Shown here: positions 14,201 to 26,715 of the stretch, piece by piece
Layout of the letters: every line of letters begins with the position of its first letter
Position numbering within the stretch: the first letter of the stretch is position 1
Source of the DNA: Macrostomum hystrix
Lineage: Eukaryota; Animalia; Platyhelminthes
Direction: 5' to 3'
Assembly: GCA_950097015.1 (NCBI GenBank)
Contig: CATNEN010000008.1
Span: 2,604,001-2,668,000, forward strand
Length of the DNA stretch: 64,000 nucleotides
Notes under the pieces: generated by a model
The model's database searches: none
What the model was told of the DNA's origin: nothing
What the model saw: the letters and a program-made list of their open reading frames with translations, nothing else
Position numbers and translations under genes: made by a program

Positions 14201-15210
14201 CCCTGCGGCTCACCTGGCCAGTCCTTTTCGTACCAGCAGCTCGGAGATGCAGCCGCTGGGATGCGGCACCCAGCCAGTCAAGCGAAACCGTCCACTGTGC
14301 GACAAAGGCCGCTGTCTGCCAACACCAAAATCTTCGCCGTCACTGGAGACGTCGCACACGACTAGCCGCAGCCGTTTTTGCAGCAGGCGAGCTTCGACAA
14401 AAAATCGAGCCGCCTCGTGATAGGGCTCGCCTGGCAACGGTGCGGCAACGCCATAGAGACGAAATGAGACTAGAGTGGACGGCTGATTATTGTCGCCAAG
14501 TTGTACGCGCCAATTAGCAGCATCATCCACACGCTCTAGCACACCTGTGAGCACCTGGATGAGTTGGATGCGATTGCAATATATAGAGAGAATAGCTAGG
14601 TTAGCCTTCGGGAGCACAAAGGATTCTTTGAAATTCTTCCTTGCTCCTCTGCTTTGCTAAAGTCAAGTTGAGTCTCAAACGCTTTTAGAAGGACTTTAGA
14701 AGAACACCAACCCAAGATCAAGAGTTTATTGCCCTTCTATTTATCAGTGGAATAAACAAAATACGATATACAATCAGAGGATAATTTCTCTACCTGACCA
14801 GCACTGGGAGTCGTAACACTAGTAGCATTATTTGAAGTGCAGTTGCTGCCGCCCCAGATGCCACGTCCAGCTTGTCTGGCTTCAGCCTCAGGACCGGCTA
14901 GTCGACTGCAGGTTGCCAATGCCAATCCGGCCAGGACCAGTTCCGCGTTGACACTCATTAGACAGCCGTCAGTCTCTGATAAGTACAGTGTGCCAACAAC
15001 TGGATCTTGTTGCACATTAGATTCAACAGATAAAACAGCGTCCCTAGCAACCAGGCGACGGCGAAGATACTCTTGAGCCGCAGAGCAAATATATTTATTG
15101 TCGGGTGGGTGCAGGCCAGACAGGCGACAGTGCCACTCGGTTGGAAGGGCAGTTGGTGAGCTGATCCCATCAACTCGGGAGCGAATGATTAATGAGTCCG
15201 CTGAGGTAAC
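8286..15210 (-). CDS. SND1: Divergent SND1/Tudor-SN-like protein (SN-fold repeats plus C-terminal Tudor-SN), ~925 aa; 5' end unresolved
   Basis: Exons ~15210-14794, 14605-14214, 12894-12162, 11405-11018, 10826(uncertain)-10585, 8885-8286. SN-type signatures: VNAELVLAGLA..EAEARQAGRGIW, ISELLVRKGLAR..AEASARAEARWIW, EALLRAGLAY..AEADARSQRLGVY, IVEFVAAADRFRIFLP..LADVLVERGFAR. Tudor motif ARFSQDNLWYRAR..RFVDFGN. No in-frame ATG found immediately upstream of 15210. Confidence 0.75.
8960..10490. repeat. 24-bp G-rich minisatellite (~60 copies) in last SND1-like intron
   Basis: Unit ggggagtacgggatcagaatgtaa; source of the KGSTGSEC pseudo-ORFs. Confidence 0.95.
11444..12142. repeat. 31-bp minisatellite filling an SND1-like intron
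   Basis: Unit ctgctaatccactgccattaccagacccagc, ~22 copies. Confidence 0.95.
13285..14200. repeat. Adjacent 25-bp (~5 copies) and 30-bp (~26 copies) minisatellites in an SND1-like intron
   Basis: gttagtgacctgttcattcgtactc (13285-13415), then tactgtcactcccagcttcccaagtgagtc (13416-14200). Confidence 0.95.
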
Positions 15211-17768
15211 CTGTGTTACAATCGAACATTAGGTTAATTATAATTAATATTTTTACACTGTGCGAGGCGCACAAAATAGGCTCTTTAGCTTCAATGAAAC
15301 TAATTTACGAGTATGACATGCTTAAGAACACTGAGTAACTGTGTATTTAGTAGCTGTAAAACGAACAGCTGTAACAATATTTGTTGTTTTTAATAAAGCA
15401 GGCCTGTCTTGTCTGCATTTCAAAGTAATAAATATTCACGTTACTCTCGTAATATAATCTTTGTCCTTTTTTGCTCCTAAAATGCTTTCTATTTCTTTGT
15501 TTTCTTAGTCTTTTCTTCCTTTTTATCGATGTCAACCTGTTACCCATAATCTCTTACACGCGTAATTGTTAACCAAATCTCTTTTGAAATATCAAATGTA
15601 TCTAATAATACTTTCCTAAGTGATATATCCTAAGTTTCAAAGAGAAATACCTGCTGGATTTGTGACTGCTACTGGACTGAATTCTAGTTTACCTTCTAGT
15701 TCTAAAACGATAATATAAGATATTTCACACTTGGCCAATGGTTAAGATGTTTAGATTTTTGGCCACTGTAGGCCACTGTTTTGGGTGTCTTAGCAGAGAC
15801 TTTTTGAAAGCCAGGACCGCTGTAAATATGTATAAGTCCATGTACATGTATACTATCAGTGCTGATATTTTCTTAAGATCAGTAAAATGTTCATTGCCTG
15901 TTTTCTTCTTAGTTACTACTCAATTGTAGTCTCGAATTGGCTTTCAAGGGAACACATGACTAACAAGTAGAACTGAATAGACATGAGAGAGGCAAAAGTG
16001 GGGCAGAAGGAGCAAAACTATTCACCTTTTGTCTACTTTAAAAACTTGAAATCCAATGGAACTGTAGTGCTGCCCTCCTACACTCTCACCCATACATGCT
16101 CAACACCTGTCAACACCCAGAAAATAAATAATAACAAAAATAAAAAATAAGTTTTAAAGTTTGCTAACTTCCTAAAATATGGCAAGCTGTTCTTCAGTCC
16201 CTTTTAGCAGACTTCCCTCTAATGTGTAAACTTCCCTGAAGCTAGAATATTTTGTCCAAATGCAATGGTTTCATCTCAATATTCAATCAGATCTCAAATT
16301 AATGCACAGTCTGGAGCTTTAACATGTAACTTTACAGTTCATATAATTTCAATAATCTGATTGTACCTTTCCTAAATCTCAGTTCTTTTGGGATGATCTC
16401 ATAGCAGGAAGATGCTTGCCTTTTTACAATATGAATTCTCCTAGTCCATTGGTGCATTGGAATCTTCTTTTAAAATTGAATCATGTCAAGTTGCTAATAA
16501 ACTAGAAGCAAGTAAGTCATAATTTGGTTAAAAAATTAAGTTGTGTGGCCAGCTGAGATTCTAAGGTTGCATATCCAGTTACTCAGTAGAGTTTAGGTGC
16601 TAAAAATCAAACACAACAGAAGAGAGTTTAGTTATCAGTGTCATATCCCTTTTTGTCTAAATTGAAGAAATATTGTATAAGAAATAAAGCCTGAATTAAA
16701 CAAAAATTAAAAAGCTAGCATATAGTTATAGTATATATATACATAAATTTGAAGATAAGATCAAGTTTCAAATATAAGCATTATATTTATAAACAATACT
16801 ACTATTTTTTAAGATAGGCCTAAGTCTTTTTCATATTAAATATTTTAATTCAGTCATATCAATAGGGCCTAATCTAACAACAAGAATCTGATTTAACAAT
16901 CAATAGTATAGGATAATGAGGTTAGACATAAGTGACAGAAAAATAGACAAAAATACTTATCTGCTTCTTACTTCTTACCTGCTTGATTATTCCACAAATT
17001 TGGTTTGGGTTACAATTAGGATGCAACATGATTGGTGGATATACAAATTCTGCTATCCAAAAAACTAGGCACTAGAAGAACGTTAATACATTATCAAAAT
17101 GAAGCTCATCCACTCACAATAATTTATTTATTTTATTGCCAGGCCAGTAGCTAGCTACACCATAGCTACATCTAAAACTAAATGACAAATGTATATAAAT
17201 AGGCCTAGGTTAATGTCATACTGCTTACAGCACACAACAACTAATTGAAGGCCCAACCTAGAAAATATTGATAATGTACACACATCAGTATTCACAATTC
17301 TTTCATAATAGCTGACTTAGCTTTCATTTCCTGCACACCTCGCAAAATAATTTTGACATCTATGAAAAAATTCAAATGTATACGTAATTCTAAACTGTGT
17401 GCAGTGAAACAAATTTGGATGATATAAAAAGCGATCTTCAATTATTTATTTTTTAGGTTTCTTCTCATTCAGCTTGACAGGGTTGGAATGAGAAGCTTTC
17501 GCAGTTAGATTATATTATGACAAAGTCTCTTAAAGTGGCCATTGACAGTAAATAAAAATAATTCAAGTCGATAAAACAATTATCAATAATTTAAATTTTA
17601 ATTAGAAGTAGACTAAAATTTCAGCTTAGTATTCTACTTGCTCGAAGGCTATAAACAATTGCTATAAACAATCTATGCGTTGTGCCTTTATAATTGCACT
17701 ATACATGTAATTCAAGTAATGTGGTCCTTGTGTTAAAATGTTAAAAGGGAATTCTAAAATTTTGACAT

Positions 17769-18053
17769 TTGATTCATCCAGGATATTATAGCTGCAGCTG
17801 GCAAACCAAATGGGGCCTCGATTTGCTGGATCGCCCTCAAAGACTGAAAGGCAGTCTAAGGCAGTCCAAGGCTACCCTCGGTAGCGCCGCAGGTCAGGTC
17901 TTCTTTGACGTCAGTTACCACACTGCCTACATGAAGGTAGACGAACTGCACGTAAGCGTCGTTGCTGCCCGGCAGCGCCTCTGCCGAAAATTGCGGTCTC
18001 GATATCACCTGGCACAATTCGGCCAAGGAAAGGCCCTGAAGTTGACTGTCTGA
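17769..18053 (+). other. Isolated GC-rich ORF fragment of unknown origin, weakly C2-domain-like
   Basis: Coding-like composition inside an AT-rich region. GQVFFDVSY..ELHVSVVAAR loosely resembles the first strands of synaptotagmin-like C2 domains. No partner exons found. Confidence 0.25.
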
Positions 18054-18200
18054 AATTGAAATTGACTGTCTGGAATTTACCAAGGACTGCTACATGCAGA
18101 TAAGCAATTAAGATATTTATACAGCAATTACGAGTACTTTGGGGAGTATAGTGTTTACCACATGCAACCAACTACTGTTACTAGCGGCCTTGTTCTCTCC

Positions 18201-18553
18201 ATCATGAGAGAACCTCATGAGAGAATCATGAGAGAACCTCATGAGAGAATCATGAGAGAACCTCATGAGAGAATCATGAGAGAACCTCATGAGAGAATCA
18301 TGAGAGAACCTCATGAGAGAATCATGAGAGAACCTCATGAGAGAATCATGAGAGAACCTCATGAGAGAATCATGAGAGAACCTCATGAGAGAATCATGAG
18401 AGAACCTCATGAGAGAATCATGAGAGAACCTCATGAGAGAATCATGAGAGAACCTCATGAGAGAATCATGAGAGAACCTCATGAGAGAATCATGAGAGAA
18501 CCTCATGAGAGAATCATGAGAGAACCTCATGAGAGAATCATGAGAGAACCTCA
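18201..18553. repeat. 24-bp minisatellite (~14.5 near-perfect copies)
   Basis: Unit atcatgagagaacctcatgagaga. Confidence 0.95.
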
Positions 18554-19006
18554 CAGACCAAGGGAAGAAGTAATATATGTACCTTCGAATCGGTGTCGTG
18601 ATTCTGATCATTATAGATTTTGACATTTGACTTTGACATTCGATTCTCGGCTCTTCCTTTTGTTTTCTAACAAAACACTATCCATCTTTCCTTTTTTGCT
18701 GACTTTTCAGGTGAAATATTTTTAGAAGTATATATACGCTAATATACGAGTAATTAAATTAAAAGCCTTTAGACGAAATGTTTAGCTTGAGATACAAACA
18801 TAAAGATCAGCTTGATGTCCATCAAGCAGCTGGTGCACCGTTCTCTTTATTAAAATTGGTTTAACCAGCAAAATGCTGCCAGGTCTGCATCTGAATAAAG
18901 CAACAGGCATGAAACATTTTTTAAATTAAATAGAACAGACAACAGAAAACCATTCGAAGTTTCTAATATTCAATCTGGACCGAACTTGAAGGTTCGCGCT
19001 TGTTTG

Positions 19007-21799
19007 TCACAATGGTTCGTTTATGAGCAGCTCGTTGTTGTCCTTCGAAATCTTCTTGATATTAATGATGTCGGGCATCAGCCCTGGCTGGCAGTATTGA
19101 ATGAGGTCCTCGAGGTCCATAGTGCTATCTGAGCCGGCGCTCGACAATGATTCAATGTCCAGTTTGCTGGCTCCACCATGCTCTTTGGCTAGCCAGTCGC
19201 TCTGATTCATAGCGCCCCCGAAGCTGCTCAAGTGCGAGCCGTAGCAGTGGCTATCGCGAGTACCAACAAGAATGTCGTCCTGGCTGCCAGTTCCTTTACT
19301 GTAGACTAAATGGTAGCTAGTTCTGGCGCCCCAAGAGTTGGCGTGATTCTGGGACTGAGATCGAATTTTGTTGCCAAATGATTGATTTCTCTGCTCATTT
19401 GGTCTCTTGTTGCAGCATCTGCAGCTATTCTTCTTCACCTTCCCAGAACGAAAAGGTGACTGGTTATAATTTTGAGGTGTAATTCTGGATTCCTCTGACG
19501 TGTTTGATGTGTTCCTCTTCTTGGCACCTTTCTTTCCCTTTTCTTTTGATTCTTTTTTAGGCGATTTGCCATCTGATTTTTTTTCTTTTTTAGGCGATTT
19601 ACCATCTGATTTTTTTTCTTTTTTAGGCGATTTGCCATCTGATTTTTGTTCATTTTTTGGCGATTTAGAACACATTTTCTTGGATTCTCCTGATTCCTGT
19701 GATGCGTTCCTCTTCTTGGCATCTTTTTTCGCGTTTGATTTTGGTGTTATATTCGGTGATTCGCCATTTGATTTTGGTGATTTGCCATCTGATTTTGGTG
19801 TTATGTTTGGTGATTCGCCATTTGATTTTGGTGATTTGCCATCTGATTTTGATGATTTCTTTGGCGATTTGTCAGCACACTTGCTCTGAGTGAGACATGG
19901 TTTCTTTTTCGGTTTCGATGGGTCGCTGGCGCATTTACTTTTTGATTGGTCGGCGCCTTTATTTTTCGATTGGTCGGTGGCGCCTTTTTTTTTCGATGTC
20001 TTGTGCCCTGTGGATTGGTCGGTCGGTGGATGCAGATTGGCGTAGGTGTCAGCCAGTTCATCCAGATAGTCGCATGCCTCCTTCATTAATTCGGTAGAGC
20101 CGTCGGCATTCTGATTATCATTCAAGTGCAGAGCTTTAAAGGTATTATTTTTTTCAATAGTGTAGTTGTGCAAGAAGAGGTTAACAGCCAGTAGCTTCCT
20201 CATAGCTTCCGATTGGCTGCGAAAAAGCGTCGACGTCACTGTGCTGTTGCTAACCAGTGTCACAGAGAGCGGCGTCTCGGCTATGCCGCTGTTCGGCGGA
20301 GCCAAAGGCGGCAAATTGATGAGGCCGGCCTTGAAGTTCGCTGGCGCCCATTCCGCGAATTCTATTCGGCCACGTTCTCGTACTGAGTTCAGCGCCTGGT
20401 CAACGTCGACCGGCTTTGCAGCGCCACGGAAGATCAACACGCCAGCCATCTGCTTACCCTGGCGCAGGTCAAGGTCGACCAGCTGATTATCTGGCTCCAA
20501 CACGGCGGCTGAGATACCAGAGGCGCTAAGGCGCTCTTTGCCTACATTGGAGGTTGATACGAAAGGCGCACAGGCCAGGACGGTGTGCTTCAGTTGCCTG
20601 CGGAAGTTTTAATGGAGCGTTGTTGTTAAAACATTGCGCCAACTGCTGATTATAGCTCGTAAAATCATAAACAAAAAAGAAATTCATCTTAAAATCTTAT
20701 CAAAGATCTATAGCAACTTTTTAAATCTTAAAAAATACTTTAGGAGATATATGAGTGTTGCAAAAACTTTTTCTGTATAAATAAAATCTTAGAAGCTTAG
20801 AAAAGCGGTTCATTCTAAGCCGTAATGCAAGTCTACGTTCACAAACCTAAACGGCAGCATATTGGTGCAAAGCGAGGCAATGTTGCACGCTAAAGTTCCA
20901 TGAAATCGATCCATTGCTGTGAGGTTGCTGAAGCACATGGCCAGCATGCGGTTGATGTGCGCGAAGGTGGCAGTTCCGTTCATGCTTAGACCAGATCGGC
21001 ACACGCGGAACATGGCCGAGTTACTGGCCCAGAAAGACAGAAAGGTGTGGTCTTTAGACTCGTAGGTGTATAGCGCGGAGTTAATGAGTTCGCTGCTGCT
21101 CTGCAAGCTTGAGTTGCCGGCGATAACGCTGAAGTCGAGCACCTTAATGCGCGTGTCGAGTTCTTCCTTCAGGGCATTCAAGAACGACACGGCCAAGCCG
21201 CTGCCAGTGCCGCCGCTGATGCTGTGAGTGAGAATCGTCGTCGGAGTGAAGTCAGACTTTTCGGCCAGCCAGCGAAATCGTTCGACAGCCTCCGGCACGA
21301 GCTTTTTATTGAAGTACTTAAGACCGACCATGTAATTCATCTGGGCGTCCATGACGTCACTAAGGAGCTGCTGTTTGTTAAACAGATCGCGGTATGGGCC
21401 AGATCGAATTTCGTCTGCAAAACAGGTAGCAAGGATAGATTTGTCTCTTTAAGCACGTCAAATCGCCAAAATTTTCGGGGCTTTAAAGCAGAAAAGAATA
21501 TCCATTGCGCTCGAATCTAGCTTTTGATTGGTATCACAAAATCTGGAATGCTCACCTATGCAGGTCGGATCGGTGTCTAGAAAAATTGCTCTGGGCATGA
21601 AATGGCCACTCTGACTACGCAGGAACATTGCGTCATAGAAGCCATTGCCGGGACACTCTGTTTTGGCCGCGCCGCTCTTTTCGATGTTGTGCTCCAAGCA
21701 GAGCAGCTCCCATATGGCGTTGCCAATCTGAACCCCAGCCTGACCCAAGTGGAGGGTCAGAAACGGCCGGGCCTGTTTGGTGGATGCGCAATGACACAT
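19007..21799 (-). CDS. Highly divergent alpha-tubulin-like protein (~800 aa) with long basic C-terminal extension
   Basis: Exons 21799-21556, 21414-20847, 20597-19007 total 2403 nt, frame-consistent GT-AG. Motifs HLGQAGVQIGNAIWELLCLEH, PRAIFLDTDPT, HSISGGTGSG, LEPDNQLV..GKQMA..FRG, IEFAEWAP.NFKAG. The start could lie further upstream in the same frame (ATG near 21937). Confidence 0.85.
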
Positions 21800-22849
21800 T
21801 ATGTTTGGTGACACTAGACCCGCAGCCAGCGAGAGGCAATTCTGCCCATTCCACAGTCTCCTGAGCACAAATGCACACAGATACTGTAAGCAGGCATACG
21901 CACACACAGGTGTGTACATCTGCCCTGACTTTCTCATCGTCAGGCAGTGCACACTCTCACTGTGCCTTGGAGGTTGGCCCTCAATTGTGTTCACAAGCCT
22001 TCTCTCCGCGGCTGCGCCTCAAATAATTCGAGCTTAGGGGCCTTAGTGCCAGAGAGCAAATGCGTAAAACCAGTCTGCTACTAAGACCCTAATTGCAGGA
22101 TAGTTTAAAGCCATCATTTCAAAAGCTATTGTTTATACTCCCGATTAGAAGTTAACGCAGTGACTTACAGAATCCACGAAGGTCATAATGTGTAGCTCTT
22201 TATTTGAGTTTAGCTATGTTAGCTCTTCGCTCCTCTGTGACTGACTGATGGATAAGAAAGTAAGTTCCTGTTGCCACCACTATTCACGTGTGCGTTTCTT
22301 TGGCCATAGAAAACTTTGAAGTTTTCTATTTTTAGCGCTTGATAAAAAATCAACACTTTCTGCACTTTTCTTGAATTAGAAACGTTTAGTTTATCTCACA
22401 GATACTATAATAGCCACACAAAGCACACAAGCCACCCCACTGCCTTTCTTTCGTATAATATAGCTTCTGGATTCTTTACTTGCTACTGAGCTGAAAGTAG
22501 AAAAACGAAAAAGCAAGGACATTTGCGGAAGTGACCTATCTAGTTACATAGTATCTGTGGTTTATCTTCAATGTATAATAGAATATGACTGGCATGCCGA
22601 TAATGATTGACAGGTAGATAATAATTGACGTGTAGATAATGATTGACGGGTAGATAATGATTGACGGGTCGATATTGGCTAAAAAGTATTAATTTTAATT
22701 TCTGACATGTGAAAAACGACTGAACATTTAAATAATGACAAGTGGATAATAACCGACAAGTAGATTAGGATTGACATAAATAATTGTTGAAATTTAAATG
22801 GGACTTTTAGGTAGTTAGTGACTGATAGGTCAAGTTAACTGATCGAAGG

Positions 22850-23710
22850 ATATTGACAAGTAGATAATGACAAGTAGATAATGACAAGTAGATAATGACA
22901 AGTAGATAATGACAAGTAGATAATGACAAGTAGATAATGACAAGTAGATAATGACAAGTAGATAATGACAAGTAGATAACAACAAGTAGATAACAACAGG
23001 TATATAATGACAAGTAGATAATTACAAGTAGATAGGGAAAAGTAGATAATGACAAGTAGATAACAAAAGGTATATAATGAAAAGTAGATATTTACAAGTA
23101 CATAAAGGCAGGTAGATATTTAGAAGTAGATAATGACAAGTTTGATAACAACAAGTCGATAACAACAAGTAGATAACAACAGGTATATAATGACAAGTAG
23201 ATAATTACCAGTAGATAATGACAAGTAGATAATTACCAGTAGATAATTACCAGTAGATAATTACCAGTAGATAATTACCAGTAGATAATTACCAGTAGAT
23301 AATGACAAGTAGATAATTACCAGTAGATAATTACCAGTAGATTATGACAAGTAGAAATGACAAGTAGAAATTACAAGTAGATAATGACAAGTAGATAATT
23401 ACCAGTAGATAATTACCAGTAGATTATGACAAGTAGAAATGACAAGTAGAAATTACAAGTAGATAATGACAAGTAGATAATGACAAGTAGATAATGACAA
23501 GTAGATAATGACAAGTAGATAATGACAAGTAGATAATGACAAGTAGATAATGACAAGTAGATAATGACAAGTAGATAATGACAAGTAGATAATGACAAGG
23601 AGATAATGACAAGTAGATAATGACAAGTAGATAATGACAAGTAGATAATGACAAGTAGATAATGACAAGTAGATAATGACAAGTAGATAATGACAAGTAG
23701 ATAATGACTA
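22850..23710. repeat. 14-bp minisatellite
   Basis: Unit gacaagtagataat, with ccagtagataatta variants; degenerate copies from ~22600. Confidence 0.95.
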
Positions 23711-24769
23711 AAAAGTAGATCGTGATTTGACTTTCGAGCCGTAGATACCTGCTGAAAGGCAGATGAGACTGCCAGATAGATAGTGACTGACAGGTAAATT
23801 ACGCTGACAATTAAATAAATGATCGAAAACATAATAATGATAGACAATAATAGTAATAACAATAAGAGCCTACATATGGTTGCATAAAAATTTTTTCACC
23901 AATCTTCTCGATGAGAATCATTGAATATCTCGACGATCGTAATAATCAGATCGTAATATGTTGGTCCGTGTTCTGGATTTTTAACCAAACTATTGGTTGA
24001 ATATTTTGGGAGATACAGAAAATGTTGGTTTTTAGAAATTACCCGGGCCTTTTAACTTTTAAGGCAGACAGGTAGCTAGCTATAAATAGCTTCGAATAAT
24101 TTAGGATTCGAGACGAATAGTACAAAACGGAAATACAGCCTACAATTTAGGAGACAATAGATAAATATAATTGTAATAAAATAGGGCACACCTCCTTTGG
24201 ATAAACTGGATTGACGGGATTTCCGCAAGAAGCCAAGCAAAACACGACTGCATGCATCACAGGCTGCGTCTGAGGTTGCTCAATCGATAGTCTAATATCC
24301 ATCTTTCCAGGAAACCTTTTTCTAGATTGGACGCCAAGGCCCTGAGATAGAGAATTAAATATTTCTTGCATTATTAATCAACTGCATTATTTGTATTCAG
24401 AAAATTTGCATTGAAATTAAAATGCAAAGCACGGATTATACTCAGATGAATGTATGAATATATGAACATAAAAAGTTATCAGCTAATGTGAGCCAAAATA
24501 AAAAATTACTGTTGATAAAGTAGAAAATGATAACGTCGAGACATTTCAGAAAGAGTTAAAGTATATTTGGATCTGATTAGCATATCGATATCCAAAAATA
24601 AAATTTACTTATTGTGACAGATATGAGAGACTCAGGAAGATAAGCGAAATAGTTGAAAAATATCTCAGAAATATGTGACACAGATCTGAAAAAATCCGCG
24701 ATAGGTCTCAGAAAGATATGAGAAAAATTTATCTACAGCGATAACGGAAAGATCGGAGGAAAAAAGAGA

Positions 24770-25370
24770 AAGATCTGACAAAGATCTGACATAGATCTAA
24801 CAAAGATCTGACAAAGATCTGACATAGGTCTGGCATTGATATTACATGGAAACTGACATGGATCTGACATGGATCTGACATGGATCTGACATGGATCTGA
24901 CATAGATCTGACATAGATCTGACTTGGATCTGACATGGATCTGACAAAGATCTGACATAGATCTGACATAGATCTGACATGGATCTGACATGGATCTGAC
25001 ATGGATCTGACATGGATCTGACATGGATCTGACATGGATCTGACATGGATCTGGCATAGATCTGACAAAGATCTGACATAGATCTGACATGGATCTGACA
25101 TGGATCTGACATGGATCTGACATGGATCTGACATGGATCTGACATAGATCTGACTTGGATCTGACATGGATCTGACAAAGATCTGGCATAGATCTGACAT
25201 GGATCTGACATGGATCTGACATGGATCTGACATGGATCTGACATGGATCTGATATAGATCTGATATTGATATTACATGGATCTGACATGGATCTGACAAA
25301 GATCTGACATGGATCTGACATAGATCTGACAAAGATCTGACATAGACCTTACATAGATCTGACATTGATA
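24770..25370. repeat. 11-bp minisatellite
   Basis: Unit gatctgacat(g/a). Confidence 0.95.
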
Positions 25371-26319
25371 TGACAAAAATATTAGAAGTGTCAGGAAAAT
25401 AACTGATAAGGGTCCGAGATCTGAAAGACAAAGAGCTTAAAAATCGAAAATTCCAAATCAATATCTGACATATGTGATGTTAGTGTTTTGTTAATAAATA
25501 CATGTTTTAGTTATTTAACTGTGCATCGCGAAATAGAAAAAAAATTCATTGCTTCTCAGCAGATGAGAACGAGGAAAAATAAGGAGAGTGCAGAGAAACG
25601 GAGTTGGGATTGAGCGGACTGGCTGTCAAATGGGAGTCTGGGACAATTCTGAGTGTTCTCTGAGAGCAGCCTGGCACGAGACTCGACGGCTCCATATGAA
25701 GGTCTCCATTTTGTTCAGTTTCAATTGTTCCTGCTGCTGCTGCTGCTGGGGAAGAGGAAGAGGCTGGGGAGACCAGCCATTGGGGAATAGATCTTCCCCA
25801 GCGTCTCGTTTTTTTGTTTTTTTAGTCAGCTCAGTGAAGGAATTGGCAGGTTTGAGCATAGCGATGGAGGTGGGGAGAGCGACAACCCCAAGAGGCTGTT
25901 GAAAACGGCCCAATAAGGGGTGACGGAGGCTTTCATAGTGCGTCAACTAGGAACGGGGAACAAGTGGCCAATGACCGTCTAATCTATTCTTTTTCCCGTT
26001 TCTTCCTACCCTCCTCCCATTCTCTCTTGTTCTGGCCTCTTCGCACTGGGGAGAACTGGACTGGTGCAAGTGGGTTTAGCAACGACCTTAGCTTCAAAAA
26101 GGTTTCTTAGAGCTGAATTCTATTTACTGAATAGCTTGCGGAAAAAGTGCTACAGAAATACACTCAATCTGTTGCTTCTAGTACACAACAAATTGCTTAG
26201 CAGCACTCTATCTTGCTGCTGCGGGTAAGTACGACTGAAGTTTTTTGTACGCATATTAGAATTGAAAGGCTCGATTGAATAACGAAAATGAATAGCAACT
26301 GTTGCTTATAGACTGAATG

Positions 26320-26690
26320 ATCTATTATAAGACACGTGCTCATGGACGGAATGACCAATTTAAGGACATTCTGTGAGCTGAACTCAGTTACTCATAGACT
26401 GAATGACCAATTAATAACACACGTGCTCAAATACTAAATGACCAATCATCAGGTGCTCAAAGACCGAATGACCAAATTATAACACACGTGCTCAGAGACT
26501 GAATGACCAATCATCAGGTGCTCAAAGACTGAATGACCAATCATCAGGTGCTGATAGACTGAATGACCAATCATCGGGTGCTCTTAGACTGAATGATCAA
26601 TCATCGGGTGCTCATAGACTGAATGACCAATCATCGGGTGCTCATAGACTGAATGACCAATCATCAGGTGCTCATAGACCGAATGACCTT
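26320..26690. repeat. Degenerate 30-bp repeat in first intron of the calmodulin-like gene
   Basis: Unit gtgctcatagactgaatgaccaatcatcag; copies become more regular toward the exon. Confidence 0.85.
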
Positions 26691-26715
26691 CGGAACTGAC
26701 GACCTCCCCGCAGAG

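Noticed and set aside
13378-14420. Mucin-like TVTPSFPSES ORF (323 aa) and antisense equivalents
   Set aside because: 30-bp array inside an SND1-like intron; the 3' part merely overlaps a real exon on the other strand.
15300-17750. Long AT-rich stretch with short Lys-rich ORFs
   Set aside because: No motifs, termini or repeats recognised; may hold the missing SND1-like first exon but this cannot be supported.
25626-25946. 106-aa minus-strand ORF divergent from the calmodulin-like gene (and ORF 24147-24371)
   Set aside because: Could be exons of a real gene, but I found no recognisable domain or consistent splice path; left uncalled.
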